A stretch of 64,000 nt of DNA from assembly GCA_040002895.1 (NCBI GenBank), contig JBDUDP010000005.1:3110-67109 (forward strand), written 5' to 3'. Made by a program: the position numbers and the translations under genes. Each line of letters begins with the position of its first letter. The first letter of the stretch is position 1. Source of the stretch: Gemmatimonadota bacterium. Its GTDB lineage: Bacteria; Gemmatimonadota; Gemmatimonadetes; Gemmatimonadales; GWC2-71-9. The notes beneath the pieces were generated by a model. That model saw only the letters and a list, made by a program, of their open reading frames with translations, made no database searches and was not told the DNA's origin. Positions 43,724-52,541 of the stretch are shown in pieces.

Positions 43724-44625
43724 GCCTCGCGATTCGCCCGGCGCGGCGCAATGACCTGCCGGCAGTGGAGGCCTTGTTGCGCGCCGCGTCGTTGCCGGTG
43801 GATGGCGTCGCGGAGGCATTCGACCACTTCGTGGTGGCGGATGCCGACGGCGCCGTCGTGGCGGTTGCGGGTCTCGAGGTCCGCGAGCACGACGCCCTGG
43901 TTCGGTCGGTCGCCGTGACCCCGTCGTTGCGTGGCACCGGTGTGGGTCATCGGTTGATTGCACGGATCCTTGCCGAGGCCAGGGCGCTCGCGGTCGATCG
44001 ACTCTGGTTGCTGACACTGAGTGCCTCGGAGTACTTCCATCGCTTCGGTTTCCGCGCGGTATCGCGAGAGGATGCACCGCCGGCCCTCCAGGCCACGGTG
44101 GAGTTTCATCATGCCTGCCCTGCCACTGCGGCGGTGATGGTTCGTCGCATGGCCCCGCTTCGCGTTCTGGTGCTCTGCACGGCGAATGTGGCGCGGAGTC
44201 AATTGGCCGAGGCACTGTTGCGGCATCGCGGCGGCGACCTCGTGCAGGCCGCGAGCGCGGGCGCAGTACCGGGAGGTGGAGCGCATCCATTGGCGGTGGC
44301 GGAGTTGGGGCGGCGCGGTATTGAGTGGAGCGGGAAGCGGTCACAAGGGATTGAGGCGGTGGCGGCGCAGCCGTGGGATCTGGTGATCACGGTGTGTGAT
44401 CCGGCGCGCGACGCCTGTCCGGTGTTGCCTGGGGCGGCGATGGTACACTGGGACCTGGTCGATCCGGTTGAGGCCGGTCCCGGGGAGCAGGAACAGCGTG
44501 CCGCGTTTGCCGCCACGGCCGACGCGCTCGATCAGCGCATCGGTCTGCTGCTTGAACTTCCGCTGGCACTCTATGACCGCGAGCGGCTCGCGCGCGAGGC
44601 CACGGCGTTGCATCGGGTCGACTGA
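43720..44625 (+). CDS. arsC: Fusion protein: ArsN2-type GNAT N-acetyltransferase + LMW-PTP-type arsenate reductase ArsC
   Basis: Residues 1 to about 145 are GNAT ('LRSVAVTPSLRGTGVGHRLI', 'YFHRFGFR'). They are followed without a stop by 'RVLVLCTANVARSQ' (the CX5R P-loop) and 'VITVCDPARDACP' (the redox Cys pair). GTGA overlap with arsM. Confidence 0.8.
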   Translation: MSLAIRPARRNDLPAVEALLRAASLPVDGVAEAFDHFVVADADGAVVAVAGLEVREHDALVRSVAVTPSLRGTGVGHRLIARILAEARALAVDRLWLLTLSASEYFHRFGFRAVSREDAPPALQATVEFHHACPATAAVMVRRMAPLRVLVLCTANVARSQLAEALLRHRGGDLVQAASAGAVPGGGAHPLAVAELGRRGIEWSGKRSQGIEAVAAQPWDLVITVCDPARDACPVLPGAAMVHWDLVDPVEAGPGEQEQRAAFAATADALDQRIGLLLELPLALYDRERLAREATALHRVD

Positions 44626-44629
44626 TACT

Positions 44630-45508
44630 TCAGGGCTTCGCGGCGCGCCGCCCGGCAGTCGTGGGGTAGGCCACATCGGGTGGCGGGTCGCCGCGGGGCC
44701 AGTCGTTCTGCTTGCCGACGAAGTCGGGCCGCGGACGGGAGACGACATACGCGGCCACGTTGAGCGCCTGGGCATCGGTGAGCGTCACGGCACGATCGTA
44801 GGGCATGTTGTGGAGAATGAACGAGGCGGCCGTGCGGATCCGTGCCATGCCGGCGGCGATGCCGAAACTGTTCGGCCCCCAGGTCGCCGGGGCGATGCCG
44901 GTTCCCTCACCATCGGCACCGTGGCAGCGGGCGCAGGTGCTCGCGAAGATCGCCGCGCCGGCGACGGTGTCACCGTGGGTTTCCTCTCCCAGCTGCAGAC
45001 CCTGACCGGGCACCTTGTCGCCGACGCGCACGCCTCGCGAGATGAACGCGAAATACGCCACGATATCGCGCATGGCGGGGTCGTCCCATGCGAGTGCGGT
45101 GCCGACCATGGAGCGTTCGAAGCAGTCGTTGATGCGATCCTCGAGGCGCGAGATGCTCGCGGAGCGGGACCGGAACTGCGGAAAGCGTGCGTACACCCCG
45201 GTGAACGGGATGGCACCCGCACGTCGTCCATCGTCGAGATGGCAGGAGAGGCAGCGCAGATGGTTGCCGACATTGTCGGGGAGGGAATCGCGCGTTGCCG
45301 CGAGGATGGCATGGCCACGCAGGATGCTCCGGCCCATCTCGCCATCGGGAAGCGCCGAGCCATCGGGGGCCTGCAGCGCTCCGAGCGGTGTAGGGGGCGG
45401 TGGCGGCAGTGCGGCCGGCTCCGGCTGGCGGCACCCCACCAGCAGCGCGAGCAGCAGGGCGGGGAGCAGCTTTTGGCAGGCGGTGCCCGGCGAGTCCAGC
45501 GCGATCAT
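44630..45508 (-). CDS. Dihaem c-type cytochrome lipoprotein, TsdA (thiosulfate dehydrogenase)-like
   Basis: Lipobox 'LLALLVGC'. Two haem motifs, 'CLSCH' and 'CARCH'. 'RINDCFERSM' resembles the Cys-ligand segment of TsdA-type proteins. The start at Met7 overlaps the TauE stop (TGATG). Confidence 0.65.
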   Translation of the reverse strand: MIALDSPGTACQKLLPALLLALLVGCRQPEPAALPPPPPTPLGALQAPDGSALPDGEMGRSILRGHAILAATRDSLPDNVGNHLRCLSCHLDDGRRAGAIPFTGVYARFPQFRSRSASISRLEDRINDCFERSMVGTALAWDDPAMRDIVAYFAFISRGVRVGDKVPGQGLQLGEETHGDTVAGAAIFASTCARCHGADGEGTGIAPATWGPNSFGIAAGMARIRTAASFILHNMPYDRAVTLTDAQALNVAAYVVSRPRPDFVGKQNDWPRGDPPPDVAYPTTAGRRAAKP

Positions 45509-45873
45509 CACCCGACCTTGATCCACATGCGGACGGCCATGATGGCGAGGAAGACGGCGAAGGCGCGCTGGAGGGTTGCTCCGGTCAGCCCCTGGGCGTA
45601 GCGGGCCCCGAAGAACACGCCGATGGCGATCCCTCCGGCAATCAGCATGGCGGCGCGGATGTCGACGTGTCCGGCCTTCCAGTACTCACGAGCTCCAAAG
45701 AGACCCACCGGAAGCAGCAACGCGGCGAGCGATGTGCCGGTGGCCGTGTGCACCGGCATCCGACCCATCGAGACCAGTGCCGCCACGATCACCACGCCCC
45801 CGCCGATGCCGAAGAGTCCCGAGAGCACTCCCGCTCCCAGACCGACCATCAGATACAGCACGTCCATGTGCAC
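45508..45873 (-). CDS. Half-size TauE/SafE (TSUP) family membrane protein
   Basis: 121 aa with four helices. 'GLGAGVLSGLFGIGGGVVIV' and 'GTSLAALL' motifs of the TauE family. Confidence 0.7.
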   Translation of the reverse strand: MHMDVLYLMVGLGAGVLSGLFGIGGGVVIVAALVSMGRMPVHTATGTSLAALLLPVGLFGAREYWKAGHVDIRAAMLIAGGIAIGVFFGARYAQGLTGATLQRAFAVFLAIMAVRMWIKVG

Positions 45874-45896
45874 TCCGGATAAAGGGCGGGTGGCCG

Positions 45897-48728
45897 TCAG
45901 AAGAGCACCTCGATGCCGAAGCGCAGGAGTCGAGGCGGGCCGTAGACGAACAGCGGTTGAGTATAGTCACGCGCCGCCGCCACGTAGAGCGGCAGCAGCT
46001 CATTCTGGCCGGCGATCATGCCGTCGCCGTTGAGATCGGCGGAGCGACGGTAGCGATTCGATTCGTACGGAATCGGATTCGGATTGGCGTTGTACGCTTG
46101 GGTCGCCAGCCGCGTGATGGTGGTCTCGGACGCGTAGGGGTTCCCGGTGTCTCGGCGCACCGATGTCTGGTTTCGGGTGTTGAGGACATTGCGCGCGTCG
46201 ATGTAGAGGCCACCGACCATCGACCCGAACTTGACCGGACGACGAAAGAGCATGTCGAGCGTGTATTGCGACGGTAGCCGTGAACCGTTCGGTTCGGCCG
46301 CGAGGTTCCGCCCGGTGCTGTCCGTCCGGGAATAGGGGAGGCCGGAGCCGTAGCGCAGCACGGCCGCGCCAAGGATCGACCCGAACGGACGCACCCCAAA
46401 GATCCGCGGTCCGAAGGAGCGGCTCAATTCGCCGTCGATCGTGGCGATGAGGGAGATGCGCCGGTCATAGTCGAGCGGGAAGGAGGCGCGTGCCGGCGCC
46501 GCGAGGGTATCGCCCGTGTTGGGGTCGATGCCACCGAGGCGCCGCAGTTCGAACGCGTCCGTCACCGTGGCCTCCGCGCGCTGGACCACGGCCGCGAGGC
46601 GTGCGCCCCAGCCGTTATGGCGTTCCCGCTCGAAGATGAACTCGCCGCCGATGACGTTGCCGACGTCGGCATTCACGAACACCGACGAGTCGGGATTCAC
46701 ACCGATCGGGGCGGTGGCCACGAGGCCGTCGAGCATCTTGGTGTAGATGTTGATCCGCAGCGAGCTGTGCTCACGCACCCGGATCCGGCCGCTCAACTCG
46801 AATTGGGTGGCCGATTCGAAGCCGAGGTTCGGGTTGCCCTGGCGAAAACGGCCAGTGCGCGTTGTGTCGTCGAATGCCGCATCGACAAGAAACTGGAGGT
46901 CAGGTGCCTGCGAGAAGCGGCCGATGCTCGCAACCACGGTGGCATTCTTGAGCACCGTCGACACGGCGATGCGCGGATTGATTGAACTCCGGGCGCCGAG
47001 GGTCTTGTTCTGGCTCGCGAGCGCGCTGCCGGGGTCGAAGCCGTCATAGCGGATCCCGGCGGTGAACGCGAGGTCGCTGGTGCGCGCCTGGGCCTCGAGG
47101 TACGCCCCGGTGAGGATCGGCTTGAAGTTCGAGGCCGTCGCGGGCGGAGTGGTTCCGCCGACTGGCCGATAGGCCTGCACCCGTTGGAAGGTCTTGACGT
47201 TCTGCGATGCCGCCAGGCCGCCGAAGTAGACCTCGGTGTGCTCGCCCATGCTGAGGGTCATGTCGACTTGACTGCGCAGTTCCGTGAAGCGGTTCCACGC
47301 AATCTCCCCCTGCGATGCGCCGGAAAGGAAGAACGCCTGCACGCCGTAGGGGGTGTCCCCCGAGAACGACGGCGCCTCGAAGCCGGGGAGCGCGCTCCGT
47401 GCGGCAACCGTGTCCTGTCGTCGTGCGAGCTCCTCGTCTTGAATGCGGAGTCGCTTGCCGGTGAAGGCGCCGAACTTGTAGTCGGGTGCCGCCACGGCGC
47501 CGCGCACGAACTCTTTCGCGAAATAGCCGATCCGGATGTCCCCGACCAGCGGGCGAACGGAGTTGGCACCCGGCAGGACCTGCAGGTGCCCGGTCATGAG
47601 CGTGCCATCGACGCGCCGGCCCGGGGCAAAGTCGGGGTTGTACTTGTACTGCTGGTCGTAGAGGTAGCGTTGCTCGGTGGTCCCGAGCGCGAAGAAGCGC
47701 GAGACCATCCGTTGACCCATCGGGATGGTCAGCTTGCCGCCCACGGTGTAGGTCTCGCCGCTGTTGTGCGGCAGCGGCGCGGGCTTGGCCGAGCGGGGAT
47801 CCCGGGGGTCGGTCGGCGCGGGCGCGTTCGCGGGGTCGGCATCCAACCGTCCCTGCAGATCCACGATCGCGACGGCCGTCACCTTGCCGACCACCGGTCC
47901 GTCGGCCTGCAGCACGACCCGATCGAGTCCCAGGTCACCGGCGCCGCTGAGCGGACGATCGGTTTCATAGGCGGTGCGGCCCTGCCAGTGGCTGCCGCCG
48001 TCGCGCGTGATCACGTTGATGATGCCGGAGAGCGCCTGACCATAGCGCGCCGAGAAGCCGTTGGTGATCAGGGTGGCTTCGGTGATGATGTCGGGTGGGA
48101 TACGGATGCCGGGGCCACCGGTCGAGGCATCGAGTTGGTTCTTGACGCCGAAGCCGTCGAGCAGGAACGACTGCTGCCCCACTCGGCCGCCGCGGTAGCT
48201 CTCGCCCACGACGCCCGCCTGCAACGAAAGGGCGTCTTCCAGCGACGACACCGGCAGGCGACGCAGGTCGGCCTCGGTGATGCGCTGGGCCGTGGAGGTC
48301 GCGAGCGGATCGAGCACCGGGTCCTGGACGCCCACGGCCTTCAAGTCGGCGAGTTGCACCGCGACCGGCGCCATGCGGATGTCGGCGCGGGTGAATTCAT
48401 CGGAGCGCACCACGATGCTGTCGCGCCGGGCCGGGCGATAGCCGGGGATGATCGCGTCGATCCGGTGACTTCCGACGGTCATCCCGCGAATCCGGTAGTT
48501 GCCGGCGGTGTCGGTGGCCGTGAGCCGACGGCCGCCGTCGATCCGGATCTCGACGCCCCCGAGGGCGCGGTTGGTCGCGGCATCGACCACGGTACCGACA
48601 ATGCCACCGACCCCCTGGGCGGAGGCGGCTGTGGCGGTCAGTGTGACCAGCGCGACGAACAGGGCGGGTACGCGCATGCGGCCTCGCGACTCGGGGGGGA
48701 TGTACGCAGCTGTCATGGTGGCCTTCAC
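45897..48728 (-). CDS. TonB-dependent receptor with N-terminal carboxypeptidase-regulatory-like domain
   Basis: 'GIVGTVVDAATNRALGGVEIRI..TDTAGNYRIRGM' (CarboxypepD_reg). Plug 'LEDALSLQAGV..' and 'NGFSARYGQALSGIINVITRDG'. A long barrel ends in '..RFGIEVLF'. The GTG at 48728 is in a GTGA overlap; the alternative ATG at 48677 gives a cleaner signal peptide. Confidence 0.9.
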   Translation of the reverse strand: MKATMTAAYIPPESRGRMRVPALFVALVTLTATAASAQGVGGIVGTVVDAATNRALGGVEIRIDGGRRLTATDTAGNYRIRGMTVGSHRIDAIIPGYRPARRDSIVVRSDEFTRADIRMAPVAVQLADLKAVGVQDPVLDPLATSTAQRITEADLRRLPVSSLEDALSLQAGVVGESYRGGRVGQQSFLLDGFGVKNQLDASTGGPGIRIPPDIITEATLITNGFSARYGQALSGIINVITRDGGSHWQGRTAYETDRPLSGAGDLGLDRVVLQADGPVVGKVTAVAIVDLQGRLDADPANAPAPTDPRDPRSAKPAPLPHNSGETYTVGGKLTIPMGQRMVSRFFALGTTEQRYLYDQQYKYNPDFAPGRRVDGTLMTGHLQVLPGANSVRPLVGDIRIGYFAKEFVRGAVAAPDYKFGAFTGKRLRIQDEELARRQDTVAARSALPGFEAPSFSGDTPYGVQAFFLSGASQGEIAWNRFTELRSQVDMTLSMGEHTEVYFGGLAASQNVKTFQRVQAYRPVGGTTPPATASNFKPILTGAYLEAQARTSDLAFTAGIRYDGFDPGSALASQNKTLGARSSINPRIAVSTVLKNATVVASIGRFSQAPDLQFLVDAAFDDTTRTGRFRQGNPNLGFESATQFELSGRIRVREHSSLRINIYTKMLDGLVATAPIGVNPDSSVFVNADVGNVIGGEFIFERERHNGWGARLAAVVQRAEATVTDAFELRRLGGIDPNTGDTLAAPARASFPLDYDRRISLIATIDGELSRSFGPRIFGVRPFGSILGAAVLRYGSGLPYSRTDSTGRNLAAEPNGSRLPSQYTLDMLFRRPVKFGSMVGGLYIDARNVLNTRNQTSVRRDTGNPYASETTITRLATQAYNANPNPIPYESNRYRRSADLNGDGMIAGQNELLPLYVAAARDYTQPLFVYGPPRLLRFGIEVLF

Positions 48729-49792
48729 GGCAGGAGGTTCCGGAAGAGGTAGAGATCCCCGGTCTTCAACGAACCGACGCGCACGAGCACGTCCCCATTG
48801 GTGGGGGACACTCGCACCGCCGTCCAGATGCCTTCGGTCGAGGTCACCAGAGTGGCCGCGCCGCCGGCGGAGGAGAACTGGAAGAGCTGGTAGACCGGCT
48901 TCGGGCCGCCCAGCGGACTGAGGACCTGCTCGTAGACATTGGCCACGCAGCGCGTGGCGCGGCAGCTGACATCCTCGATGCGCTTATCAATTCCGGGCAG
49001 GAGCGTCACGATCGAGGTGATCGCCCCGCCGGCGACCGGCATCTTCGAGATCGTGAGGTCCTTGGCGAAGATGATACTCCCGCCATTGTCCGCCAGTGTG
49101 AAGCTGCTCGCGCCTTCGGTTCCGGCCATCGTCTGCAGCGTGGCTCCACTCGACGTGATCGTGCCGCGCACGACGGCGAGCTGGTTGAAGACGGTATCCC
49201 GCAGCGCGCACGGGCAGGGCGGCCTCACGGTGATCTCTTGCGCCATGGCGATGAACTGGTCGCTGCCGACCCAAGTAATGTCGCCGAGCCAGTTTGGTGC
49301 GAGTCCTCCACCCAACTGGACCGGCAGCGACAACAGCGTTTGACGCGACAGGGGCGCGACCGTGTCGGCGAGGAAGAGCGTCACGCGCACGGGCACCTGA
49401 TCGAGTGGCTTCGAGGCACCGACGAGGTAGAGCAGCTTGCCGTCGGTCGAGAGCGCGCCGGATGCCATGGTCTCGGCCGAGTCGGCATGACCGGGCCGAT
49501 TGTCGCAGAGGGTGAAGAGCCGGGTGCCGCCGCCACCCGGCAGCATGGCGAGACAGCGATCATGGTCGGCGCGGCCCGGGTCGCCAAAGGTGTAGAGGAT
49601 CCCCTTGCCGTCCGCCGTCCAGGTCGCGCCATAGTCGGCGTCGCCGTTGAAGGTCAATCGCAACATGGCCGCGGTGTTGTACGGCCCTTGCTGGTCGACG
49701 CTTGATGAGGCGAACGGTTCGCTGTGTCCGCAGGCCATGAGGGTCATGGCGAGACTGACCACGGCCGCGTGTGCGCAATTTCGCTTGGGCAT
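48725..49792 (-). CDS. Lipoprotein, TolB-like beta-propeller (paralogue B)
   Basis: Lipobox 'LAMTLMACGHSE'. 'TWTADGKGILYTF' is a PD40-like repeat. 'DRCLAMLPGGGGTR'. The sequence is beta-rich throughout. Confidence 0.55.
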   Translation of the reverse strand: MPKRNCAHAAVVSLAMTLMACGHSEPFASSSVDQQGPYNTAAMLRLTFNGDADYGATWTADGKGILYTFGDPGRADHDRCLAMLPGGGGTRLFTLCDNRPGHADSAETMASGALSTDGKLLYLVGASKPLDQVPVRVTLFLADTVAPLSRQTLLSLPVQLGGGLAPNWLGDITWVGSDQFIAMAQEITVRPPCPCALRDTVFNQLAVVRGTITSSGATLQTMAGTEGASSFTLADNGGSIIFAKDLTISKMPVAGGAITSIVTLLPGIDKRIEDVSCRATRCVANVYEQVLSPLGGPKPVYQLFQFSSAGGAATLVTSTEGIWTAVRVSPTNGDVLVRVGSLKTGDLYLFRNLLP

Positions 49793-49866
49793 GGAAACCT
49801 AGCGTCGGGGGTGAACTCGCAAGATCGCACCGGAATCGCGTCTCCGCGACCCGGGGCATGGGAGGA

Positions 49867-51051
49867 TCAGGAGCAGATGCACTGGCCCGCTGGGCCGAGG
49901 CAGTAGGAGTACAGATCGGTAGTGAAGGTGAACTCCTGCACGATTCTGTGTTCGACCACCAGGCGACAGCCATCAGGCGATGCTGCCAGGGCGCCGAAGG
50001 CTGCGAGCGAGCCCTGCACTCTGAATCGTCCGGGTGCCGCGACCAGGGTGCTGGCGGTACCGAGCGACGGGTCAATCACGATGATGGCAGCATCCGGCCC
50101 GAGGCCTACCGGCGGGTCCGGGTACCTGAACTGGTCGAGACGCTGGTAATTGTGCCGTACCGCAGCGATTCGGTTTCCGACCCGTACCGGGTCCCGCAGG
50201 ATCGTTGGTCCGCTCACGGGAGGGCTGGTATAGACCACCTGCCTGACCCCTCCCGTAATCGGGATCCGGTAGAGGGTGGGGTCATTGAATCGCGTCAGGT
50301 AGAGTGAATCTCGCCCGGCCGAAAAGTCGAACCCACTGGCGCTGTCGCTTCCGGCCACTGCCGTGAAGACCACACCATTCGCCGTCAGGTCACCTCGCAG
50401 GATCCCTATCCCGAACGCGATGGTGTCGACCTTCACCTCGTTGTCCGGGCTGCCGACGAGGGACTGGTCGTGGACCGGCACATAAAAAGTGCTGGTCGAG
50501 AGCCAGCGTGGCGTGCCGAAGTGGTCGAACGAGAAGCCTCCGATGACAGTAGGTGTCGTCAGGAGCACACGCCCCGGCCAGGGAGCGGCCAACGTCGCCA
50601 AACGCAGGGAGCCCTGGCTGACCAACGGCGCCCGAATCCCGGAGGAATAGGCGCCGTAGAGGAGGGCCCCGTCAGTCCCCAACGCCGCATGTTCGAAGGC
50701 ATCGGTGGTGGCATCGCCCGCGAAATCGGCCCGACAGATCTCCTGGCGCGTGCCGCCACCCGCAGGCAGGAGTCCGATGCAGCGATCGAAATCCGGTCGC
50801 GCCGGAACCGCCGGTGGGGGGAGGAATCGGTCTTGAAAGGAGTAGAGCAGGGTCTTCCCATCGGGCGAAAAACCGCTGAGCAGGTCCATCCCGCTCGCGT
50901 AGGTCAGCCGGGTCGGAGTTCCGATGACAAAGGGCCCGCTCGCCGCTTCCGGGCCGGTCGCGGTGTAGCTCTCGCTGTGGCCGCAGGCAGCGGTGACCAG
51001 AAGGATCGCGAGCAGGGGTCGAAATGTCGGCTTAAGACTCACAGTGGTCAC
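49867..51051 (-). CDS. Lipoprotein, TolB-like beta-propeller (paralogue A)
   Basis: Lipobox 'LLVTAACGHSE'. 'FSPDGKTLLYSF', 'DRCIGLLPAGGGTR', and a C-terminal Cys cluster 'YCLGPAGQCICS'. It shares conserved blocks with 48725..49792. Confidence 0.55.
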   Translation of the reverse strand: MTTVSLKPTFRPLLAILLVTAACGHSESYTATGPEAASGPFVIGTPTRLTYASGMDLLSGFSPDGKTLLYSFQDRFLPPPAVPARPDFDRCIGLLPAGGGTRQEICRADFAGDATTDAFEHAALGTDGALLYGAYSSGIRAPLVSQGSLRLATLAAPWPGRVLLTTPTVIGGFSFDHFGTPRWLSTSTFYVPVHDQSLVGSPDNEVKVDTIAFGIGILRGDLTANGVVFTAVAGSDSASGFDFSAGRDSLYLTRFNDPTLYRIPITGGVRQVVYTSPPVSGPTILRDPVRVGNRIAAVRHNYQRLDQFRYPDPPVGLGPDAAIIVIDPSLGTASTLVAAPGRFRVQGSLAAFGALAASPDGCRLVVEHRIVQEFTFTTDLYSYCLGPAGQCICS

Positions 51052-51087
51052 CGAGGAATGTTGTCATGTTGTGCCCCGCCACTTCCT

Positions 51088-52455
51088 TCAGCGCACGAAG
51101 GTGGGGAACTGGATCACGGACTCATTCCCCTTGGGGCCGACCGCGGCCACGCCGAAGTCAAAGTCATCAATGATGACACCTTGCAGCAGCAGCGAGGTCG
51201 CTCCGGCCGGCACCCAGCGCCAATACTGCCACTGCGGCGCGGTGGTGTCCCGCCAGTAGACCTTGTAGCCGAGCGGCGGGAGGCCGGTTGCCGGGGTCCA
51301 CGAGACGGTCGTCGACGCCGAGACCGCGCCCTGGAGGCGCACCTTGCTCGGCGGGGCAGGGGCCCAGGCGAGCGAGGCGAGCACCAAGGCGTTCACGCCG
51401 GTGAGCCGCGCAGCGTAGTCAACATTGACTCCCGCCACCACATCGCCGAACTCCCGGCCATTTTCAGTGCGCAGGTCCTGATGCTGCCGATCGTAGTGCT
51501 CGTGGCTTTCCATGATGCGGACGCCCGGCATCCCGAGGTCGTTGAACGGGCGGTGGTGGCCGCCGCGTCCGAACCGGTCGAGCCGGTAGATCATCCGGGG
51601 TTCCAGCTCCGGGAGGTAGCTGCGCACGAGCCGCTCGATGTAGCGCGCGAGCTGCCGAGACGGACCGTCGACTTCTCCACCATAGCTGCGGCGTGCCCGG
51701 CGTTCCTCGTCGCTTTCGATGGCCGAGACCGGCTCCGAGAAGATCCGGAACGATCGGTTATCGACTTCGCCATTGATCCCGGAGACGTTGCCGATCATGT
51801 CGTTGTTGAGCACGGCCTCGACGACCCATGCGCTGTCCCGAACTTCCTTGGCCAGGGAAGTCCCACCCCAGAGTCCCTGCTCTTCACCGCTCAATCCGGT
51901 GTAGATGATCGTCTTGCCGAAGGTGTAGTGGGTCAGCGTACGCGCTGCCTCGAGCACACCCGCCATGCCGCTGGCATTGTCGTTGGCCCCGGGCGCGTCC
52001 TTGATGCCATCATTGCCGTTGCTGTTGCGCGAGTCGATGTCACCCGACATCAGCACCACGTGGGTCGGGTCGACGCTGCCGCGCTGGATCGCGATCACGT
52101 TCACCACGTTCACCTCGGGCGTGGCGCGCGGGCCACTACCCTGACCTTTCACCACAGATTGCTGGTAGCGGACCTCGAGGCAGTCGCCGCAGGCGGCACT
52201 GATGCGCCGAAATTCGGCAAAGAGCCAGCGCCGTGCCGCGCCGATGCCGCGCGTGGGCGAAAGGGTATCGGAGAAGGTGTTGCGGGTGCCGAAGCTGGCG
52301 AGGGCGCGGACGTCGCGCTCGATCTGGGCGGGGCGGGGGGCCCGTCCGATCGAGTCGAGTCGCGGATCAAGCGCGGGGGGGAGTCCTTGGGCGCCGAGCG
52401 GAGCGGTGCCCAAAGCGAACGCGGCACCGATGGCCACGGCACGAAGCAACTTCAC
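51088..52455 (-). CDS. Secreted M28 family aminopeptidase with C-terminal fibronectin-III-like domain
   Basis: A signal peptide. 'GANDNASGMAGVLEAAR', 'GEEQGLWG' and 'HH.P.D' metal ligand blocks. The C-terminus 'PPSKVRLQGAVSASTTVSWTPA..GYKVYWR' is FN3-like. Confidence 0.85.
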   Translation of the reverse strand: MKLLRAVAIGAAFALGTAPLGAQGLPPALDPRLDSIGRAPRPAQIERDVRALASFGTRNTFSDTLSPTRGIGAARRWLFAEFRRISAACGDCLEVRYQQSVVKGQGSGPRATPEVNVVNVIAIQRGSVDPTHVVLMSGDIDSRNSNGNDGIKDAPGANDNASGMAGVLEAARTLTHYTFGKTIIYTGLSGEEQGLWGGTSLAKEVRDSAWVVEAVLNNDMIGNVSGINGEVDNRSFRIFSEPVSAIESDEERRARRSYGGEVDGPSRQLARYIERLVRSYLPELEPRMIYRLDRFGRGGHHRPFNDLGMPGVRIMESHEHYDRQHQDLRTENGREFGDVVAGVNVDYAARLTGVNALVLASLAWAPAPPSKVRLQGAVSASTTVSWTPATGLPPLGYKVYWRDTTAPQWQYWRWVPAGATSLLLQGVIIDDFDFGVAAVGPKGNESVIQFPTFVR

Positions 52456-52541
52456 GAGAGGGATCCGGGGTGGAAGGGATCCTCAAAGCTACCTCGCCTC
52501 GCGGCCGATGTCAGTCACCCCCGGTGAGTTGCCGCTGTCAC

